Positions 11,480-24,169 of a DNA stretch of 37,498 nt are shown here, piece after piece. The translations under genes and the position numbers were made by a program. Position 1 is the stretch's first letter, and each line of letters starts with the position of its first letter. The DNA is taken from positions 76,150,693-76,188,190 of the forward strand of contig NC_068982.1 in assembly GCF_001194135.2 (NCBI RefSeq), written 5' to 3'. The notes below the pieces were generated by a model. The model worked only from the letters and a program-made list of their open reading frames with translations. It was not told the origin of the DNA and ran no database searches. The DNA is from Octopus bimaculoides (taxonomy: Eukaryota).

Positions 11480-12080
11480 TTCTTTGGTTTGACGTAGAAG
11501 GTATCCTATAATAATATACTTATATTCAATAATGCCATCATTGGTTTGGCAAAGAATGGTGTACATATCGAGCCGATTTACACTTTTCCTAGAAGTCCGC
11601 AAAGCACATAGACACAAACGTTTTAATGTTTGTCCAGTAAATACAAGACTATCAAGAATTTTTTTTTGTTTTCGATTGACCATACCTTTATAGTTCTTTA
11701 TCTTTGCAGCAGCTTCGCAAAGTATGATACTTTTCCTTCCATATTCTTTTATGGTAGCTTTCTCATCTGTCGCTTGATGTTGTCTAAGTACTCATGCATT
11801 ACTTATAAGTCATACGGTTTGAAACTCTTCGATGCAAAGACCTCTTGAAACATTCACAAACTGCGACATGTACTGATTCCCGTTTGACACACCTAGAAGG
11901 ATTTGGTGCTAGTCATTAGAAAGCACCATTATAATTCTGGCAAAAACTGTGCCAACTTCCCGAATGTCATGGAATATGCTGTTTACTGTCGCAATCACGT
12001 TCCCATACTTAACCATAGTTACTTCATTTAGAAAGATGAAACTTGTTCGGCTGGCTAGTTAGCAAGCTGCACTCACTCCT
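11480..12080 (-). mobile_element. degenerate PIF1-type helicase fragment, probably Helitron RepHel
   Basis: Minus-frame peptide SRTSFIFLNEVTMV...IFHDIREVGTVFARIIMVLSND*HQILLGV...LISNA* resembles PIF1 motifs II/III (IIxDEAPM; FGG..VLxGDFRQILPVV..LxxNMR). A downstream VFTGQTL..ALRTSR resembles motif V/VI. Confidence 0.5.
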
Positions 12081-12417
12081 ATGCGATATAATTTATTTAC
12101 TGTTCTTCTTTAGTAAAGCAGTCAATTGTATATCGTTGGCAAAGTCTCTTCGACTTCAAAAAATATATTGAAAGTTGGCTCAGGTAACACTTAGAAAATG
12201 TTGCCGGGGTTATATGTTGTAAAAACCTGTCTCTAACTTCTTAATACGCAATATTCAATAACCCTTCGTTACGTTTTCATATCTCCTTTTGTTATTATGT
12301 TTTTCCTGATGAATAAATAACGAACATTGTGTAACCATTAACACCAGAAAGAACCACAATGTCGTACTGACGATTATCATATCTTTGTTGTATTTCATGA
12401 ACTGCAAGCTGATCGTC

Positions 12418-12559
12418 TTTACGTCCCGAGTTAAAATTCCTCCGAAGTCGATTTTGCCTTTTATCCTTTCGGGGTCGATGAAATAAGTATCAGTTGAGGT
12501 GATGTAATCGACTTACCCCTTCCCCCGAAATTGCTGGCCTTGTACTAAAATTTGAAACT
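12418..12559 (+). mobile_element. tRNA-derived SINE family C (gcctttcatcctttcggggtcgataaa core), 5'-truncated
   Basis: Shares core and tail (gatgtaatcgacttaccc...aaattgctggccttgt...aaaatttgaaac) with the other C copies. Confidence 0.85.
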
Positions 12560-12799
12560 AATATTTTAGTTTCACGTTAGATAGAGTCCACAGTTGGATT
12601 GGGTCATACTCGGTGTGGTAAGAGAAAATCTGAGAAAACTTTGGTCATTAGTTTTCTGATGGAATAACTGGTCCGAATTCATGATTAATATTTCCATACA
12701 AAATAAATGTTGGTCTGTAAATTACTATTGTTTCCTGCAAAAAGCTAAAGACGTCAAAGTCATGTCAATATTTTAAATTCTAATTTCGTCCAATAAATA

Positions 12800-13020
12800 A
12801 AAAGATAATCCTTTCTACTAACACATGGTCTGAAATTTGTGGGGAATAAGGCTGGTCGATTACTTCGACCCCGATATTTGTCTGGTACTTATTTCATCAG
12901 CTCCGAAAGGATGAAAAGCAAAGTCGATCTCGGCAGAATTTGAACTCAGAACGTAATGATGGACGAAATGCTGCTAAGCATTTTGTCCGGCGTACTAACG
13001 AGTCTGCCAGTTCACCGCTT
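12800..13020 (-). mobile_element. SINE family C
   Basis: Reverse complement of the head (gcggtgaactggcagactcgttag), B box (gagttcaaattc) and core. Confidence 0.85.
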
Positions 13021-13036
13021 TAATGAATGAATAAAT

Positions 13037-13115
13037 AATGATTTCAAATTTTTGACACTAGGCTAGTAAGTTCGGAAGAAGGTGTAAGTCGATTACATCG
13101 ACCCCTTCTGTCAGT
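13037..13115 (-). mobile_element. SINE family C tail fragment
   Basis: tttcaaatttt...gtaagtcgattacatcgacccc. Confidence 0.7.
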
Positions 13116-13734
13116 TTGCCGCCTTGAAATGAATAAATAATGAAGATAAAAATAAAATGAAATAAAATATTGACAGAAAAAAACTACAACAAAAAACAAA
13201 AACAACAAAAGACAAAAAATCGGCAAAAAACAAAACAAAACAGATTTCTCCCGTCTGATGGTCATGTTTCATTTTCAAATTTTATTGCCTTACAAAAGAC
13301 TACAATTCTTCCTATCATTTTCATAGAAATGTTCTAGCTTTGCTCTTCCAGTTATTGTCTGTGGTTGTACAGTTATTGACTATGGTAGTATAATTATTGT
13401 CTGTATTAGCGGATTCTCAGAAAGGACCACAATCCAAAGATAAAGCAAAGGGTTCGCGAAGGCGGGCTGAGTAGCGTGGCTTCTGTTGGCTTTCCGGTGA
13501 TCTTTCCTTGCGCCTTCATTCACTTTTAATTAAGTTTTGGTCATAAGGTTTCTTATTAGTTGCAGGATTACAGTGTTTCTTTCAGTTTCGGTTTCTCTTA
13601 TTCAGGTTTCACACGCATGGCCCCTGTTAGCTGCTGGAGGAATGTTCCTTTGTGCTTCACCTTCACGTCGATGCTGACGTCATTACTGTTGAAAGACCTT
13701 CAATTTGTTGACAAAATGTTGTGGATGATAGTGT

Positions 13735-14048
13735 GACACACACATACACACTAACACACAATATACAGAAACATACATATGCACACGCTCAACACACGCA
13801 AGCATAACACACAAATAGTTACACAAACACAACATACAAACACAAATACACTCACAAATACATATACAAACATACACAATACCTACAAACACACATGCAC
13901 AAGCACAATACATGCCTAAACACAATACAGACATACATACAAACACATCACACAAACATATACATAACACGCAAATACACACACACACACGCACATACAT
14001 ACATACATACATACAGACAGACATACAGACAGACAGACAGACAGACAA
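13735..14048. repeat. degenerate (CA)n grading into (TACA)n/(CAGA)n
   Basis: Direct reading. Confidence 0.9.
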
Positions 14049-14299
14049 GCTGGCATAGAGGACTATTCATTCTCTTGGATAATGAATACTGATCCCTATA
14101 ATTTTTGCCATTAATACAAGCCTAGTAAAAGAAATTTAGCATCTTCTTTAAGCAAATGCAAATAAACAACCTTTTTTGAAAAGTTCGTAGCTGTAATCAA
14201 ACAGCGAAATACATACCATGTGGAAAATTACTATACATATACTATGGTAATGAAAGAGCCCGGAGTCAGCGTATTGTGCTGCATTAATTGTGCACCAAC

Positions 14300-15575
14300 T
14301 GATGGATATAAAAGAGATTGACCCAAAGGATAGTGCAGAGCTAAAATGGATTACCTTCCTTCAAAATAACATCAACGGACTCAGGAAAAAATAGGACATT
14401 TGGACAATATCAAATGCACAGCTAAAAATGAATTCTCGGACTATGAAGTGAGTCTTGTGTAAATGCTTCTCTCAGACTATATATCATCAGTGAAACATTC
14501 TTGACGGTTATTATGAAACTGGCGAATCGAAAATCACCTGGCAGAGACCCGATAGTAGGCTACTAGCACAGAACGCTCACGCCCTACAAAGAAATTCTCA
14601 CGACCCTGTGTTTTTTTTTTTAAATCAATGGACACTGAGTTAGCTATACCAGATTGGCTGACTGTTGCACGGACTACTTTCATCTCTAAGGAAAAAGAGA
14701 CCCACGTGGCCAAAAACTGTACAAACTGTACACAAGTTGTCTGAATATGTTTCTCGAAGACCACTGCCAAACAAATGGAGTGATAACTGATAAACAGGCT
14801 GGATGAAAGAAAAAGATTGGAGCTGTTCTGAACATCTCCCCTTTAACAAAGCTAAGCAACATCGCCGTAATCTCTTAACAATATGGCTAGACTACAAGAA
14901 AGCATTCGACTCTGACCCTCACTCAGAGATGATAGAATCTCTATACCTTGCCAAGTATCAGTTGCTATAGTGAATACAACTGAAAGACTGACTGCAACTT
15001 GGTCCACGCATTTATCACCGACAACTACTAAAGCAACACCTACTGTTACGAACAGAATTAAGCTATCAACAGGCATATTCCAGAGTGATATCTGTAATGT
15101 TGTTAGTACTGGCAGTGAATCCCGTGCCAACCCTGTTAACAAAATGCCAAGGTTACATGCGAGTAGATGCAGAAAAGAATAGAATTAATATCACACACAT
15201 TTATTTTTTGATGACCTAAAATTATATTCTGGTAACATGAACATCAAAAGTCAATAAGAACTAATCACAACATTTTCACAGGAACGGAGTATGGGCAAGA
15301 TAAATGTTTAAACATGATTGTCAACCGGGGAGAGATTCTCGATCAGACAGAGAACATGTGCATTAATGACTTGTCTATCTCCCATATCTCTTATGATGAA
15401 AACTATAAGTGTCTTGAAATCGGTGAAAATGTTGCATACGCTGGTGCCATACCTAAAGCCAATATAACAAAAGAGCACTTCTGTAGACTCCAGAAAATAT
15501 GGAACTCAGAGCTGTCTGCATTTAAGAAGACCATATCTTACAATGCTTTTGCAGTATAAGTGCTAATACCAATAT
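14300..15575 (+). mobile_element. degenerate RT domain of an RLE-class (R4/NeSL-like) LINE
   Basis: NRKSPGRD (14525), IPDWLTVARTTFISK, HCQTNGVITDKQAG, HRRNLLTIWLDYKKAFDSDPHS (14884), GIFQSD (15072), THIYFFDDLKLY (15210), ENYKCLEIGEN..KIWNSELS..YNAFAV; multiple stops and frameshifts. Confidence 0.9.
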
Positions 15576-15599
15576 CATTAGCAACTGCTCCAAAATGTA

Positions 15600-16175
15600 T
15601 ACGAGTTACTATCTGCCTCTGAGGCTTGGCAGTTTCACTAAGAGAAAGACAACTGTGAGCGTAATCCCACACTACTTGCATGTGTGTGCGAAGAGAGGAT
15701 GCTAAGCGAGTAAATCTCGACCGTAAATATGGTCAGAAGAAGCTTCGGGATCCAGTGACGAAATTTATTCCGAAGAGAACATGAAAAGGAAACTAATATA
15801 TAAAGTGATGGATAGTGGCCCAGTAACCTCCAGTGATGTTACCATCCCATGGACTACTGGAGGCGTGTCTGCCATGGGAAAAGCTGTGACTAATATGACG
15901 ATCGTAAAACCCTAACACCAAAAGGATCGTCACCGATATACGCAGGGAAGTCCTCTAAAAGATCAGTTTAAGGCATTCAGTACGTATGTGCACGTGGAAT
16001 GTCCAGACACTTTTCTAAATGAGGAACTGCATTTTTTCACGAGGAAAATGTGACGATTCAGTATCAACGCTCTTGAACTGAGGCCGGGCACTTCAACACT
16101 GCAGAGGGTGAGCTAGGTGTTTACTCCAGAGGGAATTTGCGTCATGAGACTGTGGGAATGCACACAAATGCTCAC
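15600..16175 (+). mobile_element. RTE-like LINE 5'UTR and start of the AP endonuclease, 3'-truncated
   Basis: VRMCTWNVQTL at 15980-16012 (APE start motif xTWNVRTL), then INALELRPG and GELGVYSRGNLRHETVG. The upstream UTR resembles RTE 5' ends as I recall them. Confidence 0.65.
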
Positions 16176-16209
16176 GTATACACACACAGATATACATAAG
16201 CAAACCCTC

Positions 16210-16434
<225 letters not shown>

Positions 16435-16439
16435 AATCT

Positions 16440-16774
16440 CAATAAAATGGAAATTTATTTGACCAGACATCTTGATTTAGGACAGAAAGAGAAACTATAT
16501 ATAGTAGTGGAAATCAGCTGCCACTCCATCTTAAGAGCAGCGAAAAAGAAAACATCTACGCCGAACTATTGAGAAATTTACAGATACTCGGCCTGGACAA
16601 ACAGTTTAGATCTATACCAGTAATTGTTGAGGCACATGGGTGTGTAACCAACTGCTCAACACCAATCTTGAGAAATTAAACTCCTCAAAATCAGAAAGGA
16701 GAAAGCTAATTAGACTATTGATACCAGATACCAATGGAACTGTAAAAATATGTAAAACTTTCCAAAAGTTTGGT
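16440..16774 (+). mobile_element. RLE endonuclease C-terminus of a LINE, probably the same element as 14300-15575
   Basis: PDILI*DRK..IVVEISC..ENIYAELLRNLQILG..IPVIVEAHGCV..LNTNLEKL..RRKLIRLL..GTVKICKTFQKF, followed by (TA)n. Confidence 0.75.
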
Positions 16775-18358
16775 ATATATATATATATGTACATATGCAC
16801 ATGTCTAGACATGAAGCTATATGAATATACATACATAAAGCAAAATACACAGATCTGCACACGTACTGATACTAAATACTTGCAATCCACATACACATGC
16901 ACAATTACATTGTTGATGTAGAAATTCCAATGAAGGAGCCATAGATCTAGGCCAGAAACGGACTCTTTTCCATTGGCATGAAATCTAGAAATAAAACTAG
17001 ATAAAACCATACATACGTACATACACACGTACATATGCACGTATATACGTACATACATACATACATACATAGTACACACGTATATGTGTACGCATTTTAT
17101 CAGCTGATTTCTATAAGAGGTACGAAAGAATAATGTTGATTTGTTCCAAAAACAGGATCAATATACACAGGACATATTTCTGTATCAAGAAAAATTAACG
17201 ATGTCTCTTAAGACGTTAATAGATTCTTAAAGTAGACTTTCTCTGGTTCTCTGAGAAAACTTAATCAATAAACTTGTTCAATTTGTCCAACAAATGAAAA
17301 TATATTTCACTGTAGCAATAAATAAATAATTAGAAGAAAAAATAAGCAAAACTAAGAAGTATGAGAATGTAAAGAGCTGACGAGGTAACCTCTATGTAGT
17401 AAGTCGATCTTCTAGACATGGTGGCTAATTCCACCTCAACTCATTCTTTTAAAAAAGAGAGGATACAATGGATAAAATAATCCCCACTCTCTATCTACAC
17501 ATACACACACACATGCACACGCACACACACATACATATATACATACATACATACATACATACACACACTATATATATGTATTCAAGACCTCCCCACACAC
17601 ACACTGGGCCTGGAACTATGTGGTTGGGATGATAACTTCATATCTCACATATATACACACATATTAATTATATTATTATGTATTTTATTTTATTATATGT
17701 TTGCATATATATCTTATAGAGTTGAAAAAACATTGATGTAACCAAGATATTCTGTTGATCTGATGAGCTAGCCTTCTGTACCTGCATTAGTTTGTAAAAT
17801 GTATAGCAGTGCTATGCAGTTTATAACATACATACTGGTGCAGGCATGTAAAATAATTTATTATACACTGAAAATAATTATTTTTGCATGATGTTGGCTG
17901 CAAAACGGTCTTCATCCTATGGATATCAACTGGTGAAATAAGTATACTCATTTCATACCTCCTAACCGTCTTTATGTTTTATATATATAAATATATATAT
18001 ATACATATGAATGTATGTATGCATGAATGTATGTATATATGTATGTATGCATGGACACATAACTTACAGGAAAACCAAGACTGAAGGATAATACAAATGT
18101 TTACATTCCTATTTTAAAACGAGAACATTTGACTTTCTCCCATTTTTATATTTACTTTAATTATCTGAACATTCTCGTTAAGTATAAAATACAAACATAT
18201 ATGTAAATAATATATATGAATATCAAACAAGATAGATACAAACGCGTAAAACGGTGTGACTGCGCATGTGTGCGCCGAGTAGTGTGTGTTTACGTGAGAA
18301 TGTCTGAGTGTGCGAGTGTGTCTGTGTGTGTGAGGATGTCCTCGTTCCTTGAGTTGCA

Positions 18359-18909
18359 GGCGAAGGCGCGTGTCTTAGTGGTTAAAGTGTTGCATAGATG
18401 GTCACAAGATCGTGATTTCGGTTCCCGGACCGGGTGGAGCGTTCTGTTCTTGAGGACCCGCGTGGTTTCGGGTTTAAGTGATTGATCGCACCAAGTTTCT
18501 TCTGCTATATTCCTGATCGACCAATGCTTTGTGACTGAATTTGGTCGATGGAAACTGAGTGAAAGCCCGTCGTATGTATATGTGTATATATGTGTGTGTG
18601 TGTGTGTGTGCATGTATACGTTTCTGTGTCTGTGTCTGTACCCTCATTGCTTGACAAAGCGGTGTGTTTCTTTGCGCCCCCGTTAACTTTACGTCTCGGC
18701 AAAAGGATAAGTATTAAGTACTTATATATATATATATANNNNNNNNNNNNNNNNNNNNNNNNNNNNNNNNNNNNNNNNNNNNNNNNNNNNNNNNNNNNNN
18801 NNNNNNNNNNNNNNNNNNNNNNNNNNNNNNNNNNNNNNNNNNNNNNNNNNNNNNNNNNNNNNNNNNNNNNNNNNNNNNNNNNNNNNNNNNNNNNNNNNNN
18901 NNNNNNNNN

Positions 18910-18965
<56 letters not shown>

Positions 18966-19070
18966 TTACTTAAAATGAGTAGTGGGGTCTACTTTTTCTA
19001 CTACATCCTTCAAGGTGGTGTCCCAGCATGGCCGCAGTCCAATGACTGAATGAAGTAAAAGATGACAAAA
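18359..19070 (+). mobile_element. chimeric SINE: family D head joined to family A body and tail
   Basis: 18359-18452 matches the head of 30682; 18455 onward matches family A through aagcccgtcgtat and the body; the tail (cagcatggccgcagtccaatgactgaa) follows the gap at about 19010-19065. Confidence 0.65.
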
Positions 19071-19379
19071 TAAAAAGAAAAGACACGTTCACACACATAT
19101 TATTATATGTACTCTGCGATAGACGTTTGTCATCGTAGCCGCTCAATATTTCTCCATTGTATGCAACAAACGGACTGTTTGAGAGAGAAGATCCACATAG
19201 AATATTATTAAAAATCAATGCCAGCAATGTTTATAGAAAGCATTGGAGTATTTTTGTCGCCTCGTTGAGAAATCAATAAATCTATGAAGGGTTGAAAGAA
19301 AAATTTCTCATATCACAGATCAATATATACGTATTTGGCGGCGTTTAAAAACACAAACATACGCAAACGCATACGCATG

Positions 19380-19380
<1 letters not shown>

Positions 19381-19458
<78 letters not shown>
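19381..19458. repeat. (CA)n
   Basis: Direct reading. Confidence 0.95.
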
Positions 19459-19463
<5 letters not shown>

Positions 19464-19649
19464 TACATACACACGTATTTGTTACAGGGCTGAAATTACG
19501 CCCTGTTATTATTCAGTGTTTCGCATAAATTGCTGTTCGCATATCTATGAAACTCTGAGTATTATTTCAGAATGTTCTAAGCACTATGATAGATACTTAT
19601 ATTCTATAGATACTTATACTCTTTTCTCTGTTTGTAAACTCAAACATAC

Positions 19650-19680
<31 letters not shown>

Positions 19681-19950
19681 TGTATGTATGTATGTATGTA
19701 TACATATATGTGTGTGTGTCTGTGTAAGTGTGTATGTATGTATGTGTGTGTGCGTGTGTATGTGCGCGCGCATTAAATAGAATGTGATGCAGGAGGACAA
19801 CTAAGAAATATACGGAAAAGAGAAGATACGCAATGGAAGCGGGCATGCTCAGCCCCTCATCAATCATTGACCAAGTATTATGAAAATCTTAACACCGTAT
19901 ACGTATATTTGCACATACATGTTAACTACGTGTGTGTGTGTGTGTGTGTA

Positions 19951-19987
<37 letters not shown>

Positions 19988-20030
19988 ATGTATGTATGTA
20001 TCTATCTATCTATCTATCTATCTATCTAGC
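19650..20030. repeat. compound (TATG)/(TG)/(TATC) microsatellites interrupted by about 130 bp of unique DNA
   Basis: Direct reading. Confidence 0.85.
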
Positions 20031-20049
20031 GATCGATCTATATAACTAA

Positions 20050-20530
20050 TTCCCGCTATCTCCGCATGCTGCAGAATGCTCACCAGCATGAGGTAGTTGC
20101 CTCTATAGCATTCAATCTTTGTTAAAGGATTCAGGGGAATTATGTCAAGAGCTGTTCTTGCTGTGATATTATCTCTCCATCTCTTAGGTTGCTGACCTCC
20201 TCTGTTTCTTTTCCCATTAATCATGCCTTCCAAAAAGATCTTTATGACGCCACAACCATTCGCTTTGTGTTGCCAAGCAGTTTGGGTCCTTTTTTTTGTT
20301 GTTGACAGAAGTGATTGGTGGTAATTTGGCTATTTGTCTTAGATCTTCAATTCTGACATAGTTTGAGAGCTTAGTGCTAGTAAGATGTCAGATTACAAGA
20401 TTCTGAAAGACTTGCAGCTTTTGTGGTGCATCAGAAGTTCAACTGTCACATTCTAGCCCATATAAAACTACTGAAAGAATTTAGGTGTTGTAGATGCTTA
20501 ATTTTTGCGGCTTGGAATCAATCCTTTTCC
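20050..20530 (-). mobile_element. RTE-clade LINE 3' fragment
   Basis: KLSIYNT*ILSVVLYGLE..QKLQVFQN...EGMINGKRNRGGQQPKRWRDNI is the typical RTE C-terminus (GKRxRG..RWxDNI); ends at a (GATA)n tail. Confidence 0.8.
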
Positions 20531-20601
20531 AAGTAAGTACAATTTTCATTATTTACATTATTTACATTTGACGGATATTTGTCCTCATCTTGTTTGTTGT
20601 T

Positions 20602-20647
20602 AACACAACGTTTCGGCTGATATACCCTCCAGCCTTCATCAGGTGTC
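20602..20647 (-). ncRNA. minimal type-I hammerhead ribozyme motif within a ~150-bp Penelope-pLTR-like unit (about 20545-20697)
   Basis: GACAC-CUGAUGA-A-GGCUG(gaggguauau)CAGCC-GAAA-CG-U-U-GUGUU: intact core, 5-bp stems I and II, ACGU palindromic stem III. Confidence 0.7.
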
Positions 20648-20697
20648 TTGGGGAAATTTCAAACCGGGGGTTCTCATTCCTAAGGTATTTTTCCATA

Positions 20698-20842
<145 letters not shown>

Positions 20843-22384
20843 NNNNNNNNNNNNNNNNNNNNNNNNNNNNNNNNNNNNNNNNNNNNNNNNNNNNNNNNNN
20901 NNNNNNNNNNNNNNNNNNNNNNNNNNNNNNNNNNNNNNNNNNNNNNNNNNNNNNNNNNNNNNNNNNNNNNNNNNNNNNNNNNNNNNNNNNNNNNNNNNNN
21001 NNNNNNNNNNNNNNNNNNNNNNNNNNNNNNNNNNNNNNNNNNNNNNNNNNNNNNNNNNNNNNNNNNNNNNNNNNNNNNNNNNNNNNNNNNNNNNNNNNNN
21101 NNNNNNNNNNNNNNNNNNNNNNNNNNNNNNNNNNNNNNNNNNNNNNNNNNNNNNNNNNNNNNNNNNNNNNNNNNNNNNNNNNNNNNNNNNNNNNNNNNNN
21201 NNNNNNNNNNNNNNNNNNNNNNNNNNNNNNNNNNNNNNNNNNNNNNNNNNNNNNNNNNNNNNNNNNNNNNNNNNNNNNNNNNNNNNNNNNNNNNNNNNNN
21301 NNNNNNNNNNNNNNNNNNNNNNNNNNNNNNNNNNNNNNNNNNNNNNNNNNNNNNNNNNNNNNNNNNNNNNNNNNNNNNNNNNNNNNNNNNNNNNNNNNNN
21401 NNNNNNNNNNNNNNNNNNNNNNNNNNNNNNNNNNNNNNNNNNNNNNNNNNNNNNNNNNNNNNNNNNNNNNNNNNNNNNNNNNNNNNNNNNNNNNNNNNNN
21501 NNNNNNNNNNNNNNNNNNNNNNNNNNNNNNNNNNNNNNNNNNNNNNNNNNNNNNNNNNNNNNNNNNNNNNNNNNNNNNNNNNNNNNNNNNNNNNNNNNNN
21601 NNNNNNNNNNNNNNNNNNNNNNNNNNNNNNNNNNNNNNNNNNNNNNNNNNNNNNNNNNNNNNNNNNNNNNNNNNNNNNNNNNNNNNNNNNNNNNNNNNNN
21701 NNNNNNNNNNNNNNNNNNNNNNNNNNNNNNNNNNNNNNNNNNNNNNNNNNNNNNNNNNNNNNNNNNNNNNNNNNNNNNNNNNNNNNNNNNNNNNNNNNNN
21801 NNNNNNNNNNNNNNNNNNNNNNNNNNNNNNNNNNNNNGCCAATATATACACACTGCACAACTACAAAAACTGTAAACCACAGCAAAACTTTTAAAAAGAA
21901 AAGAAAAATTCCGAAAGAAAAAAAAATCAGAAATTCAAAAATCCAACAAGGTGAACATCTCTTCCTCCTACTATTTCCAAAGACTGGAATATCTACAATT
22001 TCCTGTGAATATTTTAAATCTCCCTCAAAATAAAATAAGTTAGGAAACTTACACACCTACAGCTTTCGAACACACAAACGATCAGTTTAATAAAAAACAC
22101 CTTTAATATCTACAACTACTGTGTGAATAATTATCCTTTCCTCTCTCCCTGTATTCGAAAATGTAAACATCATTCTCCTTTTTATTCTAAGAACTCTACC
22201 ATTTCTCTCTGTGCAGTTATACAAAAGACCATATTTAGTAAATCTTAAAACTTTACTATCTTCAACTTGTTTCCTTTTCATTGCAAAAGTCCTACTGTAT
22301 TCTCCAACTGGACAGACAAATGAACATCTAAAAAAAAATAAAACTTAAAAACTTTAATATATTACCCAAATACTCTTTTATTCT

Positions 22385-22638
22385 TTTACTCTTTTAATTG
22401 TTTCAGTCATTTGACTGCGGCCATGCTGGAGCACGGCTTTTAGTCGAGAAAATCGACCCCAGGACTTATTCTTTGTAAGCCTAGTACTTATTCTATCGGT
22501 CTCTTTTTGCCGAACCGCTAAGTTACGGGGACGTAAACACACCAGCATCGGTTGTCAAGTGATGGTGGGGGACAAACACAGACACACAGACACACAAACA
22601 CACATACATACATACATAAATACATACATACATACATG

Positions 22639-22685
<47 letters not shown>

Positions 22686-22688
22686 GAC
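22385..22688 (-). mobile_element. SINE family A, tail, body and microsatellite; head missing
   Basis: gtttcagtcatttgactgcggccatgctggagcac...acggggacgtaaacacaccagc...tatatacgac. Confidence 0.9.
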
Positions 22689-22789
22689 AATATTAGACAC
22701 TGCCCCGCCAAATGCAAACGTTTACAACATCCATGTAGCGGGATCTCACGCAAAGAAAATTTTACCGAGTTTTTGGTGAGTGGAATTAT

Positions 22790-23090
22790 TTATTATGATC
22801 TTTTAGGGCTGAATCAAACTATCTTTACTGAGGTTTACTGCCAGAAAATGTACTGTTTGAAGAGTGCTTTGGATAGAAAATGCTTGCCTTAATAGTGGGT
22901 ATCTTTCATCAAGATAATGCTCGTCCTTAAACGGCACAAGTCACAAAAATGTTCTAGAACAGTTCGAGTTGCAATGGAAAAAATGTTATACGTTCAGTAT
23001 TTTGAAGACCTTGCTTCTTTAGACTTTCACTTACTTGGTTCACTGGAAAAACTATTTAGATGGGAAAAAATATAGCCAAGATGATTAACA
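22790..23090 (+). mobile_element. mariner (DD34D-type) transposase remnant
   Basis: IFTEVYCQ...GIFHQDNARP* (22898-22927)...QYFEDLASLDFHLLGSL fits HQDNARPH and YSPDLAPSDFHLF; frameshifted. Confidence 0.75.
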
Positions 23091-23429
23091 TAGAAAATAA
23101 TGCAATTTTTTCAGATCATACATTCAAAAACAAATAAATAGAAAGAGAGAAGTCATTAAAAAATGATATAACTACTTAAATTTAATTTGCAGTATGAAAT
23201 ATAATGCTTGTACTTTCAAATAAATTCTAAAACATTCTACACACATTATATATATATATATATATATGTATATGTAGCAGAAGCACAAATAAAAGTTACA
23301 AACCTCATTCAGGGATAGCGAAACCCTATGAAAGTACTGGTTAGTTACCTATACAAAAAATATTGAACATTACAGTTAATACTCAACTGCAAGGTAACTA
23401 TAAAGACCGTGATTTATATATATGTGTTT

Positions 23430-23756
23430 ATTATAATAAGATGAGAAAATAGAGAGGTAATTAATAAATTACTATTCATTAATTTTAAAAAAATTGACAA
23501 ACATCCCTTATAGCTGTTTCAATTCTAGACCTTCAGAAAATTAATTAATTAAATTGAAAATTATTTGTAAGTTGAATCTCTTCCGAGGTAGTTTAAGATA
23601 TACAAAATATGTGCTCAATTCCTGTATGTTCAGTAAACGGCTGCAAATTGTTTTCTGAAGGTCTGGAATTGAAACAGCTGTAAGAGTTGTTTGTCAACTT
23701 TTTAATTAATAAATAATAATTTATTAATTACCTCTTTATTTTCTCATCTTATAATA
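23430..23756. repeat. ~115-bp-arm inverted repeat with ~100-bp spacer
   Basis: Arms 23430-23543 and 23646-23756 are reverse-complementary with scattered substitutions. Confidence 0.85.
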
Positions 23757-23758
23757 CA

Positions 23759-23791
<33 letters not shown>

Positions 23792-23808
23792 CTACATACA
23801 TACATACA

Positions 23809-23842
<34 letters not shown>

Positions 23843-23864
23843 CATACATACATATATATAAAAT

Positions 23865-24168
23865 ATTTTAAAGCTCCCGCAGAAACACTGCAGATACTTT
23901 TTGCAGTTTGCTTGCATGTTATAAAATTGCTAAAATTTTAAAAGAAGGTATAATATACTCTATCCATGTAGGAGGAAGGAGAATAGATGTTAAAAATAAC
24001 AGGCTTTTATCGTCGTCCTCAAATGTTAGCAAGGTCATGGAACATATTGTCAAAAAGAGGCTGATGACGTTTCTGGAAGAAAATAACTTGCTCACAGACT
24101 TACAACATGACTTCTGTCTAGGGAAGAGTTGTACCACAAAACTACTACAGTATTATGACTGGATATTG
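23865..24168 (+). mobile_element. CR1/L2/Jockey-group LINE RT fragment
   Basis: IIYSIHVGGRR..NNRLLSSSSNVSKVMEHIV..FLEENNLLTDLQHDFCLGKSCTTKLLQYYDWILK matches RT subdomains 1-2 (PIHKGG..NYRPISL..QHGF..SC..QLL). Confidence 0.85.
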
Positions 24169-24169
24169 A

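Noticed and set aside
15600-15720. HDV-like ribozyme in the RTE leader (tacttgc/gcgagta with ctaa)
   Set aside because: P3/L3 and P1.1 cannot be accommodated in the available length.
16915-16985. Hammerhead-like caatgaag...gaaacgg
   Set aside because: Two core mismatches and no stem I pairing.
17750-17790. ctgatgagctagc core-like word (similar ones at 2728, 17377, 30300, 33636, 35887)
   Set aside because: No GAAA or stem III at a suitable distance.
22087-22327. 80-codon open frame on the minus strand after a poly-T acceptor
   Set aside because: The frame closes before the nearest donor and the peptide is unrecognised.
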